Part shown: positions 57,518-64,000 of the stretch, in pieces | How positions within the stretch are numbered: the stretch's first letter is position 1 | Layout: every line of letters starts with the position of its first letter | DNA from: a virus | Lineage: Duplodnaviria > Caudoviricetes | Virus record (IMG/VR): IMGVR_UViG_2924769383_000001 | Location: 2,059-66,058 of that record | Strand: one strand, 5' to 3' | DNA length: 64,000 bases | Notes under the pieces: model-generated | Told to the model about the DNA's origin: nothing | The model's input: only the letters and a program-made list of their open reading frames with translations | Database searches by the model: none | Translations under genes and position numbers: made by a program

Positions 57518-57928
57518 CACCTAAGCAAAAGTACGATGAGCGGAAGCGCCTGCGGCTTGAGAACGACTTGCGGCTCGAACAGCGAAGATCATACGACCTA
57601 GACCGCGATGATGAAATGCAGCGCCAGTTCACCCGAGTCCTCAGTGCCATAGAGCGCATCGCCGAAGTGATGGAACTCTGGGCGGACAAGCAGGTGGACG
57701 CATGAGCGAGATTCCGAAGGATATTGAGAGCGCGGCGACTGTCGCCTTCTACTTGGCTTGGGACGCTGGCCACTATGCGCCCATTGCCGACGCCATCCTC
57801 GCCGAGCGCAAGCGGTGTGCGGATATAGCGACGGCTAATCTCCGCAACACAGGCCAACTGCTGTCTAGCCCGCCGCAGTCGGGTGCCGCTTGGGATATCC
57901 GCAACGCCATCCTTTCCGGTGAGCAGCC

Positions 57929-58306
57929 ATGAACACCTTCCACGTTGGGATGCAGGTTGTCTGTGTTGATGCGAAAGTGCCGCCGCATGTGACCATTCCT
58001 CTTGGGCTTAAGGAGGGCGCGATTTACGTCATCCGCTGGATAGGTCCGCACAATAGCTATGTAGACGGCGAGTTCATAGGTGTGCGCCTTGAAGGCGTCG
58101 AGCGCGGCCAGTGCCCAACCTATGGGCATGACGATCCGCCATTCAATGCCAAGCGCTTCCGTCCGCTGGTAAGCGACCCGCTTGCCATCTTTAGGCGCAT
58201 AGCCACGGATCCAGATTTTAAGATCGATGCACCAGAAGGTCCGGTGCGCGATCGACCGACGAGAGAAGGCGCGCCGAGGCGCAAGGTCAAGGAGGAGGTG
58301 GAGTGA
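57929..58306 (+). CDS. Hypothetical SH3-like protein
   Basis: FHVGMQVVCVD...RFRPL. Confidence 0.7.
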   Translation: MNTFHVGMQVVCVDAKVPPHVTIPLGLKEGAIYVIRWIGPHNSYVDGEFIGVRLEGVERGQCPTYGHDDPPFNAKRFRPLVSDPLAIFRRIATDPDFKIDAPEGPVRDRPTREGAPRRKVKEEVE

Positions 58307-58698
58307 TGGACAATCCAATGTGGACGCCATGGGGCAATACCGAGGACGCATTTGAGGTGCCCCCTGCGGCCAACGATAGCTTCTGTGACCGCGTGCTTAC
58401 CGTTGACACCGACGTCAAGGCGGCGATTGCCGACGATGCCAAGCGTATCGTGTCAGGTGCTCGGCGCGCCGCCTACGGCAAGCCGGAAGACAACTTTGAG
58501 CGGATTGCCAAGTTCTGGCAGGCGTTCTTTGAGAATACCGGTAGGCCGGAGGCCAATGTTACTGCGGCCGATGTGTCGCCGCTGATGCGCCTGATGAAGG
58601 AGGCTCGGCTCTGCGAGACGCCAGACCATCGCGATAGCTTCGTAGATCTGGTGGGCTATGCACTGACCGGCGCCGAGATCAATAAGGTTGCCGCATGA
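58303..58698 (+). CDS. DUF6378-like protein
   Basis: RRAAYGKPEDNFERIAKFW, MRLMKEAR, DSFVDLVGY. Confidence 0.8.
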   Translation: MMDNPMWTPWGNTEDAFEVPPAANDSFCDRVLTVDTDVKAAIADDAKRIVSGARRAAYGKPEDNFERIAKFWQAFFENTGRPEANVTAADVSPLMRLMKEARLCETPDHRDSFVDLVGYALTGAEINKVAA

Positions 58699-59429
58699 CG
58701 CTTCCGCTGCCCAAACTTCTTGAAAGGTTCTTCGTCAGTTTCACCGTTGACGAGGAGACCGGATGCTGGAACTGGACCGGAGAAGTTAAGCCCAACGGAT
58801 ATGGCGTCATTTCAAAGAAGGTCAAAGGCAAGCGACATCGGTTCTACGCGCATAGGTTTTCCGCAGAACACGTTGCTGGTAAAGATGTGCCTGCTGACAT
58901 GGACGCTTGTCATGAGTGCGACAATCGCAGATGCGTCAATCCAGACCATCTATTTGTAGGCACAAGAAAGAAGAACATGGAGGATTGCGTCGCTAAAGGC
59001 AGGCAGGCTAAAGGCGATATGCTTCCTCAAACAGTTCTGACTGAGGAGCAAGTTCAGTCCATCCGGGCTGACGACCGCGACTACGAGACGATTGCTGACG
59101 CATTCGGAGTTGGATGCTCCAGCGTAAGCAACATCAAGAACCTGAAGGAATGGTCATGGCTACCGGTGGCTTGTCATATTGCCAAGTGCGAGACTGGCGA
59201 TCGTATAGCAGGCGAGGCGCATTATTGCGCCAAGCTAACAGAGGAAAAGGTGGCTCACATTAGAACTTCAGATGAACCGCTTGCCGCCTTGGCTGTTCGA
59301 TATGGGGTCTCCTACAACACAGTTCTTTCAGCATTGACTGGAAAGACATGGAGGAGGGTTACTGTGGCTGCTAACGACAATCGCCTCAAGGCTAGCAAGG
59401 TTGACGAAGCGCTGGTGAGGTGGGGATAA
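58695..59429 (+). CDS. HNH endonuclease with duplicated C-terminal HTH modules
   Basis: GCWNWTG..NGYG, HECDNRRCVNPDHLFVGT..NMED. Confidence 0.92.
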   Translation: MTLPLPKLLERFFVSFTVDEETGCWNWTGEVKPNGYGVISKKVKGKRHRFYAHRFSAEHVAGKDVPADMDACHECDNRRCVNPDHLFVGTRKKNMEDCVAKGRQAKGDMLPQTVLTEEQVQSIRADDRDYETIADAFGVGCSSVSNIKNLKEWSWLPVACHIAKCETGDRIAGEAHYCAKLTEEKVAHIRTSDEPLAALAVRYGVSYNTVLSALTGKTWRRVTVAANDNRLKASKVDEALVRWG

Positions 59430-59494
59430 AAGAAATAGTAGCCAGACAACAGATTTTGGTGTATTGCTGTTCCGTTTATCAAATGAGGGGCAAT

Positions 59495-59647
59495 ATGCGA
59501 TACATCTTTACTGTTGCCACAAGTCTCGTTCTGGTCCTTGGGTTTTTTGAGGACGCATACGCCAGCTGCGGCTATAAAAGCGATGGTCAATACCATTGTG
59601 GAGAAAACTGTGGCTACAAGAGCGATGGGCAGTACCACTGCGAATGA
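59495..59647 (+). CDS. Secreted 50-aa peptide with two CGYKSDGQYHC repeats
   Basis: SD GAGGGG; signal peptide ending AYA; repeats 59567-59599 and 59609-59641. Confidence 0.8.
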   Translation: MRYIFTVATSLVLVLGFFEDAYASCGYKSDGQYHCGENCGYKSDGQYHCE

Positions 59648-59653
59648 GTAATT

Positions 59654-59681
59654 AAAAGGGCGCCTTTATGGCGCCCTTTTC
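59654..59681. terminator. Bidirectional intrinsic terminator
   Basis: AAAAGGGCGCC-TTTAT-GGCGCCCTTTT between convergent genes. Confidence 0.9.
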
Positions 59682-59683
59682 TG

Positions 59684-60091
59684 TCAAGCCACACCAGCCT
59701 TCCGCGCAGCCTTAGACGGCACATACTCGCCGGTCTTCGGATCTTTGCGACGCCGGAACCTCTTCTCGCCCTTCGGCGCAGCGGCACGCGGCACCAAGCT
59801 CTCGGCGGTAGGCGCCCGCAAAATCATGCCTGGCACAAACATGCCGTCGCCGCGGCTAAAGCCCTGCGCTACGCGCTCGGGCAGCAGACCGTTGTCGTGA
59901 AGCCACTTGATGTCGGCCACGACTCGTTCCACGCGGGTAGCGGCCTCTGCGGCAAGCTCTTCCTTGGCAGCGATATCGGCGCGGCGCTTCTTTTCCGCCA
60001 TAGCCATGGCGATCTCATTAGCCAGACGCTCGAGTTCTGCATCGGACTTGTCAAGAAGTTCAGGGCGGAGTTTATCAATCGTAGCGGCCAT
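59684..60091 (-). CDS. Coiled-coil, basic-tailed protein, possibly H-NS-like
   Basis: N-terminal amphipathic helices (SDAELERLANEI...KKRR), basic C-terminal RRRKDPKTGEY. Confidence 0.55.
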   Translation of the reverse strand: MAATIDKLRPELLDKSDAELERLANEIAMAMAEKKRRADIAAKEELAAEAATRVERVVADIKWLHDNGLLPERVAQGFSRGDGMFVPGMILRAPTAESLVPRAAAPKGEKRFRRRKDPKTGEYVPSKAARKAGVA

Positions 60092-60169
60092 GCATTATCC
60101 CTCGTTAATGCATGGCCCTATAGCGCGCTTATGAGCGCCTAGCAAGCGGCTGGCGGGCCGCCCGTCGCA

Positions 60170-60469
60170 CTACTGACCGGGGCAAATGCCCGTTAGGAAC
60201 AACAGGCAATCATGGCATGGTTCGCTTCCTGGCACTACGTCCACCAAGCTATCGCCCAGCATCATCCTGTCTCTGTTTGGATCCACGATCGCAAAGGAGC
60301 GAACGCCGTAGATTTCTCGGCCCTTGCTGGTCGTAGTCCGAGACATGACCAGTGAAGGCATGCTTTGCTCTTTATGTGAAATGCACTGCCCAAGTCTGAA
60401 CCGCCAGTCAACCTGCCCGTCTGAACGCACTGCTACGGAGCCGGCTACTTTCGGCTGTACCATGTTGCC
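60170..60469 (-). CDS. Hypothetical protein
   Basis: MGNMVQPK... ORF with FRLGQCISH, EPCHDCL. Confidence 0.55.
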   Translation of the reverse strand, partial: GNMVQPKVAGSVAVRSDGQVDWRFRLGQCISHKEQSMPSLVMSRTTTSKGREIYGVRSFAIVDPNRDRMMLGDSLVDVVPGSEPCHDCLLFLTGICPGQ

Positions 60470-60845
60470 CATAACCCAAACCCTACTTTCTCTTAGTTGT
60501 TGCAAAGTCCCTTTCTTTGTCGGCGCAGAGCGCCAGTCCGCATCTCAATGCTTTGTCGACCGTCCGTCGTAGGGCGCGGCAAGCCGGGGGTTGATAACCG
60601 GATCGGCATCCGGCCGGGGTTTTTAGCTTTCGCCTGGACAGCACACACCGCCCCCGGCCAAAATTGGCCAGGACGTGCGCTGCTGCCGAACAGTCCGCAC
60701 AAGGGTCGACGTAAGGTACGTTCGCCGACCAAAAACCGGGTTATCAAGCCCGTTAGCACCCTGTTATATTTGCATACCTTCTGCAAGTGCTAATTGGTCG
60801 GACCAAACTTGCTTTCGAGATGTACCCCAGAAGCCACACTTACAG

Positions 60846-61082
60846 TTAAGGGTGGGCTAATGCGAAGAGGCGATTGTGATATTTGTTTGAGCATTTAGTG
60901 CAGCGGACGAAACGTGCTGCAAATCGAACGTAAGCCTCGCCTGACCGCTTGCGGAGACGTTCGCGGTCAATAGGAGCCTCATGGTCGCAGCAGCCGCACC
61001 TTGCGCCAAGCTGGGTGCCTGGCGGTATGTCATCAAAGCGGATTTCATAATATACCTTGCCGGTGAGCGCTGAGAGTTCCAT
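60846..61082 (-). CDS. Small Zn-binding protein next to ligase gene
   Basis: ARCGCCDH and RCTKCSN. Confidence 0.65.
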   Translation of the reverse strand: MELSALTGKVYYEIRFDDIPPGTQLGARCGCCDHEAPIDRERLRKRSGEAYVRFAARFVRCTKCSNKYHNRLFALAHP

Positions 61083-61189
61083 GCGGGCATGCTAGCACCT
61101 ATGGGATATTATTCCTAGTATGAGATTTATCTAAATTGCGACGGAACGGAATCGTGCCCAAGGATTTGAGTCGCGTTCGTTGGAGTTCG

Positions 61190-61904
61190 CGTATGCACAG
61201 AGTACCCGCCAAAGACCGGCTGAAGTTCATTCCTCCGCAATTGCCGCGGCTGGTGGAAGAGCCTCCCAAAAGTGACGACTGGATCCACGAAATCAAATAC
61301 GACGGCTACCGTACACAGGTCATCATCGATTGGGACGGCGCCCGCGCTTACACCAAGACCGGAATTGACTGGACATCGCGCTACTGGCCGATTGTAGCCG
61401 CGGCAGAGGAGCTTGGTGCGCGGTCAGCGATAATCGACGGCGAAGTCATTGCGCCGACGTCAAGCGGCGCTCCTGACTTCCACGCGCTGCGATCGGCGAT
61501 GACTTGGAATGCGGAGCGTCTGGCGTTCGTCGCGTTCGACCTGCATGGTGTCGAAGCGCCGCGGCGCGGCATACCGGAGCGGCGAGTCCGACGCTTGGCT
61601 GAAGATCAAGTGCTACGAGTTTTCCGAAATGGACCTGCTAGGCGTGAAGCGCGAGCCAGGGAAGCCTGCCATGGCACTCATGGGGCAGGACGGAAAGTAT
61701 GCCGGCTCGGCTTTTCTAACGCTGCCGAAAGATATCCGCGAGCGCCTGTGGAGGCGCGTCCAGGCTGGCAGAGAGGCTCCTGCGGGTGTGCCTGCCACAA
61801 AGGGTGTCGAGTGGCTGAAGCCGGGGATACGGGCGCGCGTGAAGCACCTGCGCGGCGAGGCTAAGTTGCGGCATGCGTCCGTGAAGGGGATTGTGGAGGA
61901 TTAG
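61190..61904 (+). pseudogene. ligD: LigD-type ATP-dependent DNA ligase, internally deleted and frameshifted
   Basis: HEIKYDGYR, IDGEV, AFDL in one frame; MVSKRR..YRSG..WLKIKC and OB domain in another; junction CTGCATG near 61541-61547. Confidence 0.8.
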
Positions 61905-62173
61905 GGGCGCTCGATGAATGCGGGTATTTCGTCGCTGCTGTCGGGTTGCGCGGTAAGGGCGCGGATTAGCGAGCGATAGCACTCCGCGAAAGACTCCTTG
62001 GTGTTGGAGGTGCGCATCGACCACACAGCAGACATCATCTCGTCGTTTGGCTCTGCTGCCTCAAGCGCCTTCACCACAGCCTCAGCGGCGCCCATGTAGT
62101 TCGCCCACATGGCGTCCGTGCCGTGCCTGGCTTTGGCGATCGTGCGGGCAAGGGATTCTAGGGAGATGGTCAT
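61901..62173 (-). CDS. Hypothetical protein
   Basis: 90-aa ORF, EPNDEMMSA motif. Confidence 0.6.
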   Translation of the reverse strand: MTISLESLARTIAKARHGTDAMWANYMGAAEAVVKALEAAEPNDEMMSAVWSMRTSNTKESFAECYRSLIRALTAQPDSSDEIPAFIERP

Positions 62174-62413
62174 TGTCTTACCCGGATTTCTGTGTCCTTG
62201 CCGTCTTTGCGGGTGATTAGCCGATTCTCATAGTCGATATCGAAAATCGCCTCAAATTCATCGGACGTCCATGACTCTGGGTCCAGACGGGATATTCTGT
62301 GCCACACAGGCGTGCCGCAATGCGGACAATCATCTTGCAGCCATGCTGGTGTCTTGTCGGGAACTCCGAGCGCCAAACTTCCATCGCAGCAGGGGTACGC
62401 TCCGAATATCATA

Positions 62414-62746
62414 TCACTTCCCTCCGCGCGCAAGCGCAAGTGCGGTGTCGATGTCTAGATCGATCTTGGCCCACGCCTCACGCCGTTTGTCGATTTCTGA
62501 CTGGTAGGCAGCCGGCGCAAGCGCTTCTATGGTTCGCATCGACCTAACCAATTCAAGCGCAGCAACGAGCGCGTCGATGGTGGATTGTTGGCTAACGATG
62601 GCAGAAGCTATGGACGGCTCGAACGTAGGCGTAAGGACGTTGCAACCGCGCTCCTCGTCGTATGATGGCGTGATATCAACGATTGATGCGCCATGCGCAT
62701 CAAGGATGACCGCACGGTCTTCGCTCAACTTCATTTCGTACGTCAC
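62414..62746 (-). CDS. Hypothetical protein
   Basis: 110-aa ORF ending ALALARGGK. Confidence 0.6.
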   Translation of the reverse strand: MTYEMKLSEDRAVILDAHGASIVDITPSYDEERGCNVLTPTFEPSIASAIVSQQSTIDALVAALELVRSMRTIEALAPAAYQSEIDKRREAWAKIDLDIDTALALARGGK

Positions 62747-62981
62747 TTCTCATCCTCCATCATCTCTTTCGCCAACCCAACCCCGTGGTTAGGTGGCGGG
62801 CCGTCGGGATTGCTCGATGCTCGCATAGTCGATGCGATAGCCCAGCCACGGCTCGTATTTGCCGTATGGCTTTGTCGTGAAGATGTCACCCGTAGTCGGC
62901 TCATTCGGGCTAATGCGCAACGAGTACCCGATAACAGGATACCATTCGCCACCGACCAGAACGTCATCCCCTCGTTGAAGA

Positions 62982-63206
62982 TTATCCATCACCCTCCCTT
63001 TCCATAAATTCCCTGGCAACCTCCACCCCGTAGCGCTCGATGTAGGCGAGCAGGCGGGCCATTGATTTAGATCCAACTCCGTGCCGTTTCATATTCAAAA
63101 CCTGTCGCGCCGTGATGCCTAGCAGCCTGCCGCACTCCGCATCTGACCTCGCCTTGCCCGCCGCTTGCGTGGCGGCAAGCCATTGGGAAAATGACTCAGG
63201 CGTCAT
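62982..63206 (-). CDS. Small HTH protein
   Basis: MTPESF...SDAECGRLLGITARQVLNMKRHG. Confidence 0.65.
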   Translation of the reverse strand: MTPESFSQWLAATQAAGKARSDAECGRLLGITARQVLNMKRHGVGSKSMARLLAYIERYGVEVAREFMEREGDG

Positions 63207-63335
63207 CGCGTAGTCGCTTTATCTCATCGATCGCCAGACCAACCGTGTTGGCTTTCACATACCAACCTTCATCCTCTAACTTGCGCCATAGGATTTCTAG
63301 GCGGGCCAATACCTCGTCGGTGGTGGGCGCGGCCA

Positions 63336-63638
63336 TTAGGCCGCCTCCCGTGTTTCGCTCAACCATGCCTCAAACTCCTGAATTGAATAGCTGCAACCGT
63401 TGGGATGCTTCGGTACTGGACCAGCACCCACATAGGCACGGAAGGTCTCAACGGAAACGCCTTGCTGCTTAGCCATTCGGGCGTCGTGCTTGAGTGTGCG
63501 TTGGCGGTGTATCTCGGCGCGCTCAGCGGAGGTAAGCGTGACGCCGGTTCCCTCGCACTTGAAGCAGGTGCCGTTCTCGACGCCGCTGAATTTCTGGATG
63601 TAGCCAGCGCCGCCGCATTTGTTGCACTTGTTTGCCAT
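63336..63638 (-). CDS. CxxCxGxG Zn-finger protein
   Basis: CNKCGGAG...CFKCEGTG; SD AAGGGAG; promoter TTGACC-17-TATATA at 63666-63694; ends EAA. Confidence 0.75.
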   Translation of the reverse strand: MANKCNKCGGAGYIQKFSGVENGTCFKCEGTGVTLTSAERAEIHRQRTLKHDARMAKQQGVSVETFRAYVGAGPVPKHPNGCSYSIQEFEAWLSETREAA

Positions 63639-63744
63639 TTCCGTATCTCCCTTTCTTGTGACCCATATATAGAAATAATTTCCATATTGGTCAAGAGGGA
63701 ATATAGAAATAATTGCTATTATTTTTCGGCTCGGCTCCACCCCA

Positions 63745-63891
63745 TAACGCGCTCCGTAACGCGGGGTAACGCGCCACCAGTAACGCCTTGTTCCTGCTTT
63801 TCTATTTTTTCAGCAACGCTAACAACGCGTCAAACACGTTGACGCCAGGATTGTGAGAGGCCAAATACAGTATTCGTACAAAATCCGTACA
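63745..63891. repeat. Short direct repeats flanking att core (candidate arm-type sites)
   Basis: TAACGC at 63745, 63757, 63767, 63781; TACA at 63866, 63877, 63888 (11-bp period). Confidence 0.55.
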
Positions 63892-63951
63892 GTTCCCAAA
63901 AGATGACCCCTCAAACCCTTATGGTATAAGGCGTTGTGAAACTAAACCCTA

Positions 63952-63999
63952 CCCTTGGTAAGGGAGAGGTCGAGAGTTCAATCCTCTCTCGCAGCACCA
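63952..63999 (+). mobile_element. att core: 3' half of tRNA-Thr(GGT)
   Basis: CCCTTGGTAAGGG-AGAGGTC-GAGAG-TTCAATC-CTCTC-TCGCAGC-ACCA; 5' acceptor strand and D-arm absent upstream. Confidence 0.9.
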
Positions 64000-64000
64000 G

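Larger units (their letters stand above)
1..63999. mobile_element. Temperate siphovirus-like (HK97-fold) phage/prophage of an alphaproteobacterium, left end outside window
   Basis: Ordered repressor, replication, terminase, portal, protease, capsid, tail and lysis modules; att-like tRNA 3' fragment at right end; no host housekeeping genes seen. Confidence 0.95.

Noticed and set aside
55151-58698. Z-genome (2-aminoadenine) pathway
   Set aside because: An HD hydrolase is present, but no PurZ/PurA-like gene or phage DNA polymerase was recognised.
61175-61188. Alphaproteobacterial LexA box upstream of ligD
   Set aside because: GTTC-N6-GTTC, one base short of the GTTC-N7-GTTC consensus.
63952-63999. 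Intact tRNA-Thr gene
   Set aside because: 5' acceptor strand and D-arm are missing upstream; treated as att core.
1-64000. Reverse transcriptase, DGR or retron
   Set aside because: No YxDD RT motif in any listed ORF and no template/variable repeat pair noticed.
1-64000. GANTC (CcrM site) avoidance
   Set aside because: GAATC, GATTC and GACTC sites are readily found (e.g. near 369 and 499); no depletion obvious by eye, and a count was not possible.

Overview
The window is almost one complete temperate, HK97-fold, long-tailed phage genome of an alphaproteobacterial host (Rhizobiales-like, judged from the tRNA-Thr att core and gene content), most likely a prophage. It ends at a 48-bp copy of the 3' half of tRNA-Thr(GGT) (att core, 63952-63999). 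I found no integrase inside the window; it may lie just outside. Layout: leftward accessory genes (1-3.3 kb); CI-like repressor and divergent switch with 16-bp operators (3.4-4.5 kb); recombination/replication genes (Sak4-like ATPase, SSB-like, beta clamp, Cas4-like nuclease, sigma-like factor, helicase, two MTases, primase-helicase, VRR-NUC; 4.5-23.1 kb); a ~500-nt hairpin-rich non-coding region and four tRNAs (23.1-24.05 kb); packaging, head and tail genes (24.4-48.5 kb) with a glycosyltransferase/methyltransferase block among the head genes; lysis (49.7-51.4 kb); a second operator-controlled operon with a lipoprotein protease, an ExbB/ExbD-like pair and nucleotide hydrolases (51.5-59.4 kb); and morons/decayed genes (59.5-63.7 kb). 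Most unusual: (1) many proteins end in or contain a genome-encoded mimic of the alphaproteobacterial tmRNA tag (AANDN...AA); (2) a hidden -1 frameshift (GGATTTT + 6 nt + 8-bp stem) would fuse a small post-capsid protein to a start-less Maf/CstII-like transferase domain, next to a GT9-like enzyme and a methyltransferase, suggesting virion glycosylation; (3) a CI-type operator/promoter is duplicated 47 kb away, in front of a protease + ExbB/ExbD-like membrane module; (4) a secreted two-repeat cysteine peptide whose repeats differ only at silent sites. All family calls come from motif recognition by eye, not database searches.
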